Shown: positions 10,130 to 19,504 of the stretch, piece by piece
How positions within the stretch are numbered: position 1 is the first letter of the stretch
Layout: every line of letters begins with the position of its first letter
NCBI GenBank assembly: GCA_964579145.1
Contig: CAZOGB010000006.1
Coordinates: 3,003 to 67,002 of the forward strand
Direction: 5' to 3'
Origin: an uncultured bacterium
Lineage (GTDB): Bacteria; Armatimonadota; HRBIN16
Length of the DNA: 64,000 nt
Translations under genes and position numbers: made by a program
Notes under the pieces: model-generated
Told to the model about the DNA's origin: nothing
Seen by the model: the letters and a program-made list of their open reading frames with translations, nothing else
Database searches by the model: none

Positions 10130-12757
10130 ATGCCGTTGATTCACACGACCATTCAACACACATCCGGTGTCCCGCTTGGGGGGATTGGCACTGGGTCGGT
10201 GGAGATACGCCCGGACGGGCTGTTTGGCGAGTGGCAGATATTCAACATGGGCGCGTGGTCGCCCCGCACGCCCGATGGGGTGCGCACCGAAGACCTGGTA
10301 CAGCCCGAAGACTTCGTATTTGTGCTGCGCGTCGCCATGCCGGACGGAGATGTGCAAATACGCTACCTTGCCCTGCGCGAAAGCCTGCACGAGCTGTACT
10401 CAGCGGGGTGGGCGCGCTCGGTCAGGGCAATCCAGTTCGAGGGCATGTTTCCAGTTGCCCGCCTGCAATACGTGGACGAGACACTGCCCGTCAGCGTCAG
10501 CGCAGAGATCTTCTCGCCGTTCATCCCGCTGGACAGTCGCGCCTCGGGCACACCGGGCTTTTACGTGCGCTTTCTCGTTCGGAACGAATCGGGGGATCCC
10601 GTTGACGTGTCTATTGCCGGCGTCCTGCGCAACATGGCTGGTATCGGGCAGGAAGGCAGAAAGGCACGCAACCTGCTTCAGCCGCTGGACAGGGGGATGG
10701 CGATTCGGTTGACGGCAGAGGACGTAAAGCCCGACCATCCCTCTACCGGCGATATGACCTTCGCGGTGACAGACGGGCAGGTGAGTTACATCACTGGCGG
10801 CTACCGCGAGGAGTACCGCTCCATGCTGTTCTGGCGGAATCGCTTCGGGCTGAAGCCCGTATCTGTTCTGCGCCGGTTCCGCGAGGAAGGCAGTCTGCCC
10901 AACCTTGCCCCGGAGACCGCTCCCGAACTTCCGGTGGACTTCAGTGCGTCCCGGCTCTCTCAACAGGAGCGCGAGGCGGTGCTCCAGCAACTCCTGCAAC
11001 ACTCCTTCATTTCCGATAAATACCATCGCCTTGCGCAGATTGATCCCCAGCTGGCGGCATCGGCTGAGTTTCTGGATGAGGTTGCGATGAACCTGCAAGA
11101 ACTGCGGGAGCGCGGCACCGAATGGGGCTACGCAGCGCTTTGCAGCCGTCAGCAGGTGGAACCCGAATGCGAGCGCGAAACGCTGTTCGTCGTCGGCTGG
11201 TTTTTCCCCAACCACGTCAGCCCCACCGGCGCCCGTATCGGACATCAGTACGAGCACTGGTTCGGCAGCTCGCTGGACGTGGTGAACTATCTGGTGCACA
11301 ACGCACCATCCCTGCGCGAGCGCACGCTGGACTTCGTGGATTCCATCTACGACTCCAGCCTGCCCGCCGAAGCCGCCGATGCCATCAGCGGACAGGTCTC
11401 CACGCTGACCAAGTGCACCTGGTGGACAAAGGAGGGGCATTTCGGCGTGTGGGAGGGGCTGGGATGCTGTGGTTTCCATACCACCGACATCACCTATCAG
11501 GGGTCGTTCCCCATCCTTGCGCTGTTCCCCGACCTGCAGAAGACGCAGATGAAACACGGCGCGAAGTTCCAGCGTGAGGACGGGCGCGTGCATCACTTCT
11601 TCACCCCCGACTTCAGCGCAGTCGACAACGGCTTTGACCGCGTGGACATGAACCCACAGTTTGTGATGCTGACGGCACGTGATTACCTGTGGACAGGCGA
11701 CCGGGAATACCTTCAGAGCCTCTATCCGCATGTGGTGCGTGCGATGGACAACACCCTTTTGCTGGACACAGATGGCGACGCTCTGCCCGACACCGATACC
11801 CGTCGCAACACCTACGACGTGTGGGATTTTCAGGGCAGCCCTTCTTATATCTGCAGTTTGTGGCTGGGGGCACTCAAAAGCGCGGTCAGGCTGGCGGAGG
11901 AGGCGGGCGACGCCGAGAACGCGCAACGGTGGCAGTCGCTTTACGAGCGTGGCGTACAGAGCTTCATCGCGAAGCTGTGGAACGGCGAGTATTTCGTGCT
12001 GTGGCGCGACGGGGACCTGGTGGACGAGTGCTGTATGAGCGACCAGCTCAGCGCGGAATGGTTCGTTGCGGTCAGCGGCTGGAAGCCCCTGATTCCTGAG
12101 GAGTATATCGACCGTGCGCTGGACGCCATCCTGCGTTATAACTTCCGGCAGGGAGAGGGTCTGCGCAACGCTTCGTATCCTCCGGGCAAGGCACACCGTC
12201 TTGCAGCATCAAGTAATCTGCAGGCAGAGGGGCTGTGGACGGGCATAGAGTACACCGTCGCCGCTCTGCTTATCGCGCGGGGCAGGCTGACCGAGGGCAT
12301 GGCAATCGTGCGCGACATTCACGACCGTCACCTGCGGGCGGGCAGATTCTGGAACCACGTGGAGTGCGGCAATCACTACTACCGGGCGATGTCGGCATGG
12401 ACCCTGCTGAACGCGCTCACCGGGTTCGGCTGGGACGCCACAAAGGGTGAACTGACCATTGCCCCATCGATCCATGCCATCGAAAGCAGTTACCCCTTCT
12501 TTACCTCGCTGGCGTGGGGCGTCTATTCGGAGAGCGCGGGCGCGGCAGGGAACAGGGTACGTATCGCCGTGGTGGAAGGAGACCTGCGCCTCTGTACCCT
12601 GCGCCTGCCGCGCTGGCGAGGCGGTAAGGACATCCGGGTCACTGTAGATGCGCAATCGCTCAACGCAGAGGCTCTCCCGGATGGTGAAGGTATTGCCGTT
12701 CGGTTCGCCGTGCCCGTTGTGCTGAGCGGCGGTCAGCAGATGACGGTCACGGGGTAA
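10130..12757 (+). CDS. Glycoside hydrolase family 116 protein (GBA2-like beta-glucosidase/glucosylceramidase)
   Basis: The N-terminal motif GVPLGGIGTGSVEIRPDG is characteristic of GH116/GBA2 N-terminal domains, followed by a large (alpha/alpha)6-type C-terminal region. ATG at 10130 has a GAGAGGA Shine-Dalgarno. Confidence 0.75.
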   Translation: MPLIHTTIQHTSGVPLGGIGTGSVEIRPDGLFGEWQIFNMGAWSPRTPDGVRTEDLVQPEDFVFVLRVAMPDGDVQIRYLALRESLHELYSAGWARSVRAIQFEGMFPVARLQYVDETLPVSVSAEIFSPFIPLDSRASGTPGFYVRFLVRNESGDPVDVSIAGVLRNMAGIGQEGRKARNLLQPLDRGMAIRLTAEDVKPDHPSTGDMTFAVTDGQVSYITGGYREEYRSMLFWRNRFGLKPVSVLRRFREEGSLPNLAPETAPELPVDFSASRLSQQEREAVLQQLLQHSFISDKYHRLAQIDPQLAASAEFLDEVAMNLQELRERGTEWGYAALCSRQQVEPECERETLFVVGWFFPNHVSPTGARIGHQYEHWFGSSLDVVNYLVHNAPSLRERTLDFVDSIYDSSLPAEAADAISGQVSTLTKCTWWTKEGHFGVWEGLGCCGFHTTDITYQGSFPILALFPDLQKTQMKHGAKFQREDGRVHHFFTPDFSAVDNGFDRVDMNPQFVMLTARDYLWTGDREYLQSLYPHVVRAMDNTLLLDTDGDALPDTDTRRNTYDVWDFQGSPSYICSLWLGALKSAVRLAEEAGDAENAQRWQSLYERGVQSFIAKLWNGEYFVLWRDGDLVDECCMSDQLSAEWFVAVSGWKPLIPEEYIDRALDAILRYNFRQGEGLRNASYPPGKAHRLAASSNLQAEGLWTGIEYTVAALLIARGRLTEGMAIVRDIHDRHLRAGRFWNHVECGNHYYRAMSAWTLLNALTGFGWDATKGELTIAPSIHAIESSYPFFTSLAWGVYSESAGAAGNRVRIAVVEGDLRLCTLRLPRWRGGKDIRVTVDAQSLNAEALPDGEGIAVRFAVPVVLSGGQQMTVTG

Positions 12758-12763
12758 TCTTCG

Positions 12764-12796
12764 ATAAAAATGGGCTGGGGGAAAATCCCCAGCCCA
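12764..12796 (-). terminator. Rho-independent terminator for the CHRD gene at 12809..13342 (also lies just after the GH116 gene)
   Basis: Perfect 10-bp stem tgggctgggg/ccccagccca with loop gaaaat. On the minus strand it is followed by TTTTTAT. Confidence 0.5.
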
Positions 12797-12808
12797 CTGC
12801 GTGAGCCT

Positions 12809-13342
12809 CTACTTGCGTCTGCGTCGCAGAGCCAGCAGACCCACACCAATGCCCAATCCTGCCATTGTTGCAGGCTCTGGCACAACCGGCAGAGCGGTAA
12901 TCTGTCCGCGGATTTCGCCGCCCGGGTAGGCGGTGGTGTGGACATTGATGTACGTGTTACCGCTGAGCAGGTTTGCCTCTTCCGCCGCGGGGAACGGTGC
13001 ACCGGTTATCACCTTCATCAGCTGTCCGCCCAGCACGGCGTAGCTGCTGCCGTTGCCGATGTTGAAAATGACTGGACCGTTCACCCCCGGGGGAGCGCTG
13101 TGGATGTGCGAGCCGGTAACATCGCCCTGCGACAACCCGGTGATGGAGATAGCCAGGTTGATGGTTTTCGTCACGTCATCGTAGCTGCCGAAGAGCACTC
13201 CGCTCGCACTGGTGGAAACAGGCGGTACCTCCTGCGAACCGGTCAGGGTCGCCTGCAGGTACCACAACCCTGCGCTCGATGGCAAAGCCATCAGGCTTAA
13301 CAATGCCATCAGCACAGCGAACCGAATACTGAGTTTCTTCAA
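12809..13342 (-). CDS. CHRD-domain protein with C-terminal PEP-CTERM sorting signal
   Basis: LTGSQEVPPV...GSHIHSAPPGVNGPVIF match CHRD-domain motifs. The C-terminus VPEPATMAGLGIGVGLLALRRRRK is a PEP-CTERM signal (PEP motif, TM segment, basic tail). The likely start is TTG at 13342, which gives MKKLSIRFAVLMALLSLMALPSSA after an AGGAGG Shine-Dalgarno, rather than the ATG at 13366 that sits upstream of the Shine-Dalgarno. Confidence 0.75.
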   Translation of the reverse strand: MKKLSIRFAVLMALLSLMALPSSAGLWYLQATLTGSQEVPPVSTSASGVLFGSYDDVTKTINLAISITGLSQGDVTGSHIHSAPPGVNGPVIFNIGNGSSYAVLGGQLMKVITGAPFPAAEEANLLSGNTYINVHTTAYPGGEIRGQITALPVVPEPATMAGLGIGVGLLALRRRRK

Positions 13343-13429
13343 ACGACTGCCCCTCCTTTCAGGCATCGGGTTTTGCGCATACCCCCCATTCTGGGATACC
13401 AGAGAAATCTGCCCTTTTCAACGAGAAAC

Positions 13430-13453
13430 AGCCTGCCCAATGTTGGGCAGGCT
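13430..13453 (-). terminator. Putative terminator hairpin after the CHRD gene at 13468..13989
   Basis: 11-bp stem agcctgcccaa/ttgggcaggct with loop tg. The minus-strand downstream sequence GTTTCTCGTTG is only moderately T-rich. Confidence 0.35.
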
Positions 13454-13467
13454 ATCTCTCCCATCCG

Positions 13468-13989
13468 TTAAGCACGCCGCCGTCGCAGGAACAACAAGCC
13501 AAGCCCTGTTGACAGTCCGACCAACGTGGCCGGCTCGGGCACAGGAATCAGCTGCCCCCGGATGTCCTTCGTACCGCCGGGAGTATGCACGCGGATGTAG
13601 GTATTGCCTGCCAGCAGGTCGGCTTCGTAGGCAGATGGGAACAATCCACCGGCGATAAATCGGGAGAATACTGTGCCGCTGCCTGACCAGGATGCCCCAC
13701 CGTCCAGGTCATAAATGGCAGGTCCGTTCGTGCCGGGCGCTCCCACATGGATCATTGCGCCAACTATCTCGCTCTGGGTCAGCCCAACCTCGTACACGGC
13801 GAGGTTAAACAGCTTGGATACGTCATCGTAGCTCATAATGGCCTGCCCAGTTGCCGGGCTACTGGTGGGCGGCACGACCTGACTGCCGGAGAGGTTCGCC
13901 GTGAGCACCCATACGGTAGCGCTGGATGGCAATGCCACCACCGCAAGCAGGGTCATGAGCACTCCTAAGCGCGTGCATAATCGAAGCAT
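13468..13989 (-). CDS. CHRD-domain protein with C-terminal PEP-CTERM sorting signal (tandem paralog)
   Basis: LSGSQVVPPT...GAMIHVGAPGTNGPAIY is a CHRD domain. The C-terminus PVPEPATLVGLSTGLGLLFLRRRRA is a PEP-CTERM signal. ATG at 13989 (MLRLCTRLGVLMTLLAVVALPSSA) is 6 nt after AAGGAGGAG. The ATG at 14007 lies before the Shine-Dalgarno. Confidence 0.75.
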   Translation of the reverse strand: MLRLCTRLGVLMTLLAVVALPSSATVWVLTANLSGSQVVPPTSSPATGQAIMSYDDVSKLFNLAVYEVGLTQSEIVGAMIHVGAPGTNGPAIYDLDGGASWSGSGTVFSRFIAGGLFPSAYEADLLAGNTYIRVHTPGGTKDIRGQLIPVPEPATLVGLSTGLGLLFLRRRRA

Positions 13990-14064
13990 ATTCGCTCCTC
14001 CTTTCATATCGTCATGGATGGTAAAAACTACTCCCGATGCGAGCTAAGCTCCCACCTTACTTGT

Positions 14065-14093
14065 AGTATACACCCTGTACAAAATGCTGTCAA
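14065..14093 (-). promoter_or_regulatory. Sigma-70-type promoter for the CHRD gene at 13468..13989
   Basis: On the minus strand the sequence reads TTGACA, then a 17-nt spacer gcattttgtacagggtg, then TATACT. The spacer contains TGTACAGG. Confidence 0.55.
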
Positions 14094-14161
14094 GCATTTT
14101 TCGCAGGTGCGGGAAAAAATTGTTGGAATTCACGCACGGGGCGAAATGGCTACGCCACGCT

Positions 14162-15043
14162 CTATCCTTTCACCGCTCCTAACTGGATGCCGCGCACCAG
14201 AAACCGCTGGGAGACCACAAACAGTATCACCAGCGGAATGATGTTCATCACGCTTGCCGCCATAATCAGGTTGGTCTGGCGTCCGTAGTTGGTGTCGAAG
14301 TAAAGCATGCCGATGGGCAGGGTGCGCAGGTGATCGCTCTTGATGAGGATGAGGGGCCAGAAGAACGAGCCGTAGTTGCCCATGAAGGTGAAAATGGCGA
14401 GCGTAATCAACCCGGCACGCGAGAGGGGCATGATAACGTCCCAGAATATCTGCCAGTGCGATGCGCCGTCTATTTTCGCCGCCTCGTCCAGCGAGGGCGG
14501 AATGGTGAGCATGAATTGACGCAGGAGGAACGTGCCGAACGCGCTGAACGCCGCAGGCACAATCAGCCCGATGTAGGAGTCCAGCAGGTGAAGCCACACC
14601 ATCAGCGAGTAGTTGGGGATCATGGTGACCACGCCCGGTATCATCAGCGTAGCAAGATAGAGGCGGAAGACCGTATCGCGCCCTTTCCACCGAAGACGGG
14701 CGAACGCATAAGCCGCCATGGCACTGGTGAGGCACTGCAGAAAGGTCACCCACGCGGCAATAAACACGCTGTTGAAGTAATAGCGGGCAAAGGGAATCTG
14801 CTCGAACACCCGCGCGTAGTTTTCGGGATGCCACACGGTGGGCAGGGGGTTAATCTGCTCGACCTCTTCCAGCGGCTTGAAGCTGGCAAGCACCATCCAC
14901 ACAAACGGCGCGAGCGAGGTCAACGCCATCAGCGTCAGCGCGAGGTGGCTGAGCATCCCCTTCACGAGCGAACGTCGCCCCCGCCCGCCGACGGGTGCTG
15001 TCTCCGCTCTGCCCAAAACTGCTCCCTGTGCCTCTTCTACCAT
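14162..15043 (-). CDS. Carbohydrate-type ABC transporter permease (MalG-like)
   Basis: EAA-loop region AAKIDGASHWQIFWDVIMPLSRAGLITLAIFTFMGNYGSFFWPLIL is typical of CUT1-family permeases. Six TM segments. Confidence 0.85.
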   Translation of the reverse strand: MVEEAQGAVLGRAETAPVGGRGRRSLVKGMLSHLALTLMALTSLAPFVWMVLASFKPLEEVEQINPLPTVWHPENYARVFEQIPFARYYFNSVFIAAWVTFLQCLTSAMAAYAFARLRWKGRDTVFRLYLATLMIPGVVTMIPNYSLMVWLHLLDSYIGLIVPAAFSAFGTFLLRQFMLTIPPSLDEAAKIDGASHWQIFWDVIMPLSRAGLITLAIFTFMGNYGSFFWPLILIKSDHLRTLPIGMLYFDTNYGRQTNLIMAASVMNIIPLVILFVVSQRFLVRGIQLGAVKG

Positions 15044-15050
15044 CGCAGGC

Positions 15051-16022
15051 TTAGTAGCTGACCTCCTTCGCGCCGAACTTCCAGTTAATTAACGTGACCA
15101 CGAAGATAATCGCAAACAGAATCCACGAGATAGCCGAAGCATAGCCAATCTGGAACTCCTCGAAGGCTTTGGTGTAGATGTAGTAGGTCAGGGTGGTGGT
15201 CGTGCCGGCGGGTCCGCCGCCGGTCATCACCCTTGCCTGTTCAAAGCCGCCCTGCAACCCGCCGATGAAGCTCATCACCACGATGAAGAAGGTGGTGGGC
15301 GCCAGCTGGGGCCAGGTGACGTTGCGGAAGACCGCCCATTTGCCCGCGCCGTCCAGCTGTGCGGCTTCAATCAGCTCCTGGGGCACGTTGGTCAGCGCCG
15401 CCAGATACAGAAGCATGTTGTTGCCTCCGATGGCAATCCAGATGCCCATGATAATCAGCGCGTCGCGTGCACCCAGCCCAAACTGTTTCATGCTCATGCG
15501 CACCTGCTCCACTTCCAGCCCCAGCAGGTTGGCGGTGGAAAGCAGCCACTCAGGCGCCTTCACCTTCAGCCCCAGCGCCTCGCTCACCGCGTTGATCATG
15601 GCGTTAATCGGACCGAAGTCGGGGTTGTACAATGCCTTCCAGAGAATCATCAACGCCACGCCGCTGGTGATGCTGGGCAGATAGAACAGCGTGCGGTACA
15701 CCACGATGCCCCGCAAACGCTGACTGAGCAGAATCGCCAGCGCCAGTGAGCCTGCAATCGCCACCGGCATGCCCAGCATCAGGTAGAGCGTGTTGATGAA
15801 ATAGAGCCAGAACTGGGTGTCGTGCATCAGATCGACGTAGTTACCGAAGCCTATCCACTGGAAGGGTACAGTGCGCTGGAGGTTCCAGTTCGAGAAGCTG
15901 ACCACCAGCGAGAACAGCACGGGTCCCGCCGTGAACACCGCGAAACCGAGAAAGTTCGGCAGGAGAAACAGCCACGCGATGGCACGTTCGTCCCTGGCTT
16001 TGCGGGCGGGCAGGACGCTCAT
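15051..16022 (-). CDS. Carbohydrate-type ABC transporter permease (MalF-like)
   Basis: [39 protein letters not shown]. Start is assigned to the ATG at 16022 ([12 protein letters not shown]...), which overlaps the stop of the upstream gene as ATGA. The listed longer ORF adds an arginine-rich, implausible N-terminus. Confidence 0.8.
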   Translation of the reverse strand: MSVLPARKARDERAIAWLFLLPNFLGFAVFTAGPVLFSLVVSFSNWNLQRTVPFQWIGFGNYVDLMHDTQFWLYFINTLYLMLGMPVAIAGSLALAILLSQRLRGIVVYRTLFYLPSITSGVALMILWKALYNPDFGPINAMINAVSEALGLKVKAPEWLLSTANLLGLEVEQVRMSMKQFGLGARDALIIMGIWIAIGGNNMLLYLAALTNVPQELIEAAQLDGAGKWAVFRNVTWPQLAPTTFFIVVMSFIGGLQGGFEQARVMTGGGPAGTTTTLTYYIYTKAFEEFQIGYASAISWILFAIIFVVTLINWKFGAKEVSY

Positions 16023-16501
16023 AGTTTGTAACCGAACCGGCGCAGAAGCTGCTTGCGTTCCTGAATGTCCTGCTCGGTCTCCACGCCTTTGGTCTTGATG
16101 CCGTCGATAACGCCCAGCACGCCTCGTCCCTGCTCGGTTTCGGCGACGATGACCTGCAGGGGGTTGGCGGTGGCGCAGAAGATACGACATACCTCGGGTA
16201 CCGCCTTCACCGCGTTGAGCACGTTAATTGGGAAGCCGTCCTTCAGGAAGATGATGAACACGTGCCCCGCCGACAAAAGCAGTGCGTTCTTCTTCGCGAG
16301 CTCTATCAGCTCCGCATCGTTGCCGCTGTAGCGCACCAGCGCAGGTCCCGACGACTCGCAGAAGGCAAGTCCAAACTTCAGGGATGGTGAAGACCCTGCC
16401 AGCACCTCATGCAGGTCTTCCACCGTCTTGATAAAGTGCGACTGTCCCAGGATCAGGTTGTAGGCGTTGGGATTTTCAATCTGTACGACATGGATCTCCA
16501 T
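16019..16501 (-). CDS. Adenosine-specific kinase family protein (Pfam Adenosine_kin-like)
   Basis: 160 aa. [34 protein letters not shown]...[21 protein letters not shown] matches the conserved N-terminal half of the adenosine-specific kinase family. The stop overlaps the next start (ATGA). Confidence 0.65.
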   Translation of the reverse strand: MEIHVVQIENPNAYNLILGQSHFIKTVEDLHEVLAGSSPSLKFGLAFCESSGPALVRYSGNDAELIELAKKNALLLSAGHVFIIFLKDGFPINVLNAVKAVPEVCRIFCATANPLQVIVAETEQGRGVLGVIDGIKTKGVETEQDIQERKQLLRRFGYKL

Positions 16502-16575
16502 CTGTCAACCCTCCCGCGGTATGGATTCCGCCCTTCGATTCGCGCAGAGCGAGCGGACTCCTGCTGAGCCTCGGC

Positions 16576-17937
16576 TTACCGCTGAGCCTGCGCCTGCACC
16601 AGCGCGTGGTAGCGTTTGCGCAGTTCGGGGTCGCGCTGGATTGTCTTCTGAATCTCCTCGTTAATCTGGCGCGCGGCGGTGCGCAGGGCATCCGCTGCCG
16701 ATTTCTGGTTGCTCTTCACCAGGTCTAACTGCTTGTTCAGGATGCGCATGACGGTCTGCCCGTTGACGAAGGGGCTGATTTCGTCTGGCACGGCGTAGTT
16801 CATCGCGTCGCGCCACACGGCGTTGAAGTCCTCTTCCGGGTAGGCGGGGTCATGCAGGTATTTTTCGGTATACGAGTACTTCTTCACCGGCGCGAGGGCG
16901 TCCGCCTGATGGTTGATCAGCTCGTTATACTCTTTGCTGGCGAGGTACAGCACGAACTTCAGCGCGTGTTGTCGGCGTGGGCTGTTGCGGTTGATGAGAG
17001 ACGCGCGCCCATAGCCGCGGAAGACGCGATAGGGTCCGTGTGGCGATTCTACTGCGCCCAGCTTCAGTCCCTGATAGCTGCGCAGGGTACACAGCCACCA
17101 GCGACCGCCCAGCGCCATCGCGCCCTTCTTCGCGCCGAACCAGGTAATCGTGCCCGAACCCCAGCCTCCCTGCGTCGCCATCGCCGCCTCCTCCACCGGG
17201 CTGGGCATCACGCGATACTTATAGATGAGGTCCTGCATGAACTGCACCGCCGCAATCGCCTGCGGACTGTCGATGATACAGCGCGTGCCGTCGGGTGTGT
17301 ACAGCCGTCCGCCCCATTGCAGGACGAAATGATACCAGTTCCACCAGTCCATCAGAAAGCCGAATTGTACTGGTCTGCCGCTTCGGTCGCGGATGGTCAG
17401 TTTCCGGGCGACCTGCAGAAACTGTTCCCATGTCCACGGCCCTTTGGGATAGGGCACGTTGTATCGGTCGAAGATATCCTTGTGGAACCAGATGGCGTTG
17501 ACCGCCGCGTTAGTGGGAAAGCCGTACACGCGACCCTCGTGGATGATGTTGGGATGCACCGCCCGCCAGACGTCGTTTTCCACGTCGATGCCCGCCTTTT
17601 TGAGTTCGTCGGTGATGTCCCAGGCAATCCCGGAGCGCACGTAGGCAGAGAGTTGAAAACCGTCGTAACAGTCGAAGATGTCGGGTCCCACGCCTGCCAG
17701 CGACTGCACGATGACCTTCTCCATGCCGGTGTTGCTGGGGTCCAGACGCAGGTCATATTCGGGATGCAGTTTGTTGAACAGGGCAATCTGCTCGCGGCGG
17801 GCAGGGTTATCATCGCTGACCCACACCAGAGGGATTTTACCCTGGGCGGTGTCGCGCGGCTGGATACGCCACGCAACCAGCGAGAGCAGAACCAGTACCA
17901 CAAAAGTGCCTGCGAAGAAGTATTTCATGGGAATCAC
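16576..17937 (-). CDS. ABC transporter extracellular solute-binding protein (family 1, sugar-type)
   Basis: N-terminal signal/anchor MKYFFAGTFVVLVLLSLVA and SBP family-1 fold motifs (IPLVWVSDDNP...GVGPDIF). First gene of the operon with the permeases. Confidence 0.85.
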   Translation of the reverse strand: MIPMKYFFAGTFVVLVLLSLVAWRIQPRDTAQGKIPLVWVSDDNPARREQIALFNKLHPEYDLRLDPSNTGMEKVIVQSLAGVGPDIFDCYDGFQLSAYVRSGIAWDITDELKKAGIDVENDVWRAVHPNIIHEGRVYGFPTNAAVNAIWFHKDIFDRYNVPYPKGPWTWEQFLQVARKLTIRDRSGRPVQFGFLMDWWNWYHFVLQWGGRLYTPDGTRCIIDSPQAIAAVQFMQDLIYKYRVMPSPVEEAAMATQGGWGSGTITWFGAKKGAMALGGRWWLCTLRSYQGLKLGAVESPHGPYRVFRGYGRASLINRNSPRRQHALKFVLYLASKEYNELINHQADALAPVKKYSYTEKYLHDPAYPEEDFNAVWRDAMNYAVPDEISPFVNGQTVMRILNKQLDLVKSNQKSAADALRTAARQINEEIQKTIQRDPELRKRYHALVQAQAQR

Positions 17938-18466
17938 CCTTAGTTCCTATCTTTCTACTCCCGATAGCTTTCTCCTCTTACCCCAATGTCCGCCGCAATA
18001 ACCACCCCACAAAGTGAGCGAGTGCAGGAGTCTTTTTGTACCGAAGCCATAGGAAGGCGAGCGGAAAGCCAACCACTGCTCGCTTTTCTCGATGGACAAT
18101 GAGGCGTGTGCTACCGAGGGCGGCCAAGTATGTCCATTGCTTGCCTAGAGACGAGAGATCTGTTGGCAGAATAATAGGTATATCACTGTGTGTCACAGGG
18201 ATGTCGCCGCTTGGGGTTTGTACAGTGTAACTTCTGCTATTCCCTGTACAAGGATGGTCAGATGGAGCCTGATGTGCAGTCAGGAAGGGAAGGGCTTTGT
18301 CTAAACTCGAGATTGAATCCAACACGCTTCAAATCCTCGCTCCACTGTTGGAAGAGGAACAGTTGTTGACAGGGCATGGTCCAGTCCCATATGTCGAAAA
18401 CCAGTTGGCGTTCGTGGTTTTGACCCATTTTCATCCTCCGATAGGAAGAGCCTCCACGTATTGGGA

Positions 18467-18511
18467 CTGTAAAAGGAGTCCTCGTACCACCAACAGGGTG
18501 CGAGGACTCCT
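18467..18511 (-). terminator. Putative rho-independent terminator after the DUF1559 gene
   Basis: 11-bp stem aggagtcctcg/cgaggactcct with a 16-nt loop. The minus-strand downstream sequence is TTTACAG. Confidence 0.4.
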
Positions 18512-18524
18512 ATTCTGCCTGCCG

Positions 18525-19274
18525 TTACATGTCAGGACTCAGGAGGTGGGTAGAGACATAATCCTGAGCCTCTGCTTCAGAGTTCGCCATGTACCAGTTA
18601 TCCCAGGGATTGACCAATAACGGATAGTTATCCGTTAGGTTCCACATCAGGCGCGGGCGTACGGTCTGACTGGACTTCAATGCTTTTGCGTGTCCATCTA
18701 CGAATGTCCAGTTGATGGTCCCGCCGTGTGTTCGCAGAGGGTACCAGGTGTATCCGATGTACCACAGCCCGGCATCGAAGAGCTCGAAGGGCAGCTCTAC
18801 GATGATAATCTTAGACGCAGGCTCTTGGATGCCGGCAAGGGCGAAGGCGCTTTGTCCACTGCCGTATGTCCAGCCGAACACGTACGCGTTCATCGCGTAG
18901 CCTTTGGGGCGGGTGACTGTGCCCCAGCCTCCGGTACGTCCAACAGCCTCGTCTGGACGGGAAGGACAAACGAAGATCTGGTGATTCTTCACATAGGGCA
19001 TTAGCAGGTCGTACCAGATGATGAGGTCGATGCCCCAGTCACTTCGTCGTCCAACCCAGCGGTCATAGTTGGGCATAGGCAACATTTCGTCGTAGTCCTG
19101 CGTGTACATCACCATGCCAAGCCCAAGCTGCTTCGTGTTCGAGAGACAGGCGGACTTTCTGGCTTGTTCGCGTGCGCGTGCGAACACAGGGAACAGAATC
19201 GCTGCCAGTATCGCGATTATCGCGATAACCACCAGCAATTCGATCAGCGTGAAGCCCGAATCTGTGCGTTTCAT
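18525..19274 (-). CDS. DUF1559-domain protein with prepilin-type N-terminal cleavage/methylation signal
   Basis: [63 protein letters not shown] is a type IV pilin-like N-terminus (G|FTLIELLVV). The C-terminal motif is [18 protein letters not shown] at 19274 is preceded by AGGAGGA, and the ATG at 19292 lies upstream of that Shine-Dalgarno. Confidence 0.8.
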   Translation of the reverse strand: MKRTDSGFTLIELLVVIAIIAILAAILFPVFARAREQARKSACLSNTKQLGLGMVMYTQDYDEMLPMPNYDRWVGRRSDWGIDLIIWYDLLMPYVKNHQIFVCPSRPDEAVGRTGGWGTVTRPKGYAMNAYVFGWTYGSGQSAFALAGIQEPASKIIIVELPFELFDAGLWYIGYTWYPLRTHGGTINWTFVDGHAKALKSSQTVRPRLMWNLTDNYPLLVNPWDNWYMANSEAEAQDYVSTHLLSPDM

Positions 19275-19323
19275 TGGTTTTTCCTCCTTCATTCGTCCGA
19301 GTTTTTGAGCGTTTCTGTCGCAC

Positions 19324-19488
19324 CTATCTGTGGTCGGGATGTGGCGTTGTTGCCTGCGAAGGCAACGGTGGTAGCCACGGTGGCTTTGCCGGCTCGTACA
19401 GGATGGTCTTGCGCCACACTATTACCGCGATAGCGAGCAACACGATAATCAGGGCAATCCCTATTCCGACGAACCTCTTTTGCTGCAT
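19324..19488 (-). CDS. Small single-TM proline-rich protein (54 aa)
   Basis: Absent from the ORF track because it is under 60 aa. [59 protein letters not shown] lies 7 nt upstream of the ATG at 19488, which is 16 nt after the lacI-family gene stop. Confidence 0.4.
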   Translation of the reverse strand: MQQKRFVGIGIALIIVLLAIAVIVWRKTILYEPAKPPWLPPLPSQATTPHPDHR

Positions 19489-19504
19489 GTGTTTATCACC
19501 TCCC

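Noticed and set aside
10400-12196. Long antisense ORFs opposite confident genes, for example the 598-aa ORF opposite GH116 (10400..12196), 51125..52546 opposite gatB, 29057..30331 opposite GH57, 30344..31393 opposite selA, 27709..28773 opposite selB, 16852..17943 opposite the SBP, 60745..61863 opposite DUF1800 and 1506..2552 opposite membrane paralog A
   Set aside because: These are typical high-GC stop-codon-poor artefacts. The translations are Arg/Ala/Pro-rich with no recognisable domains, and every one is fully overlapped by a gene with strong family signatures.
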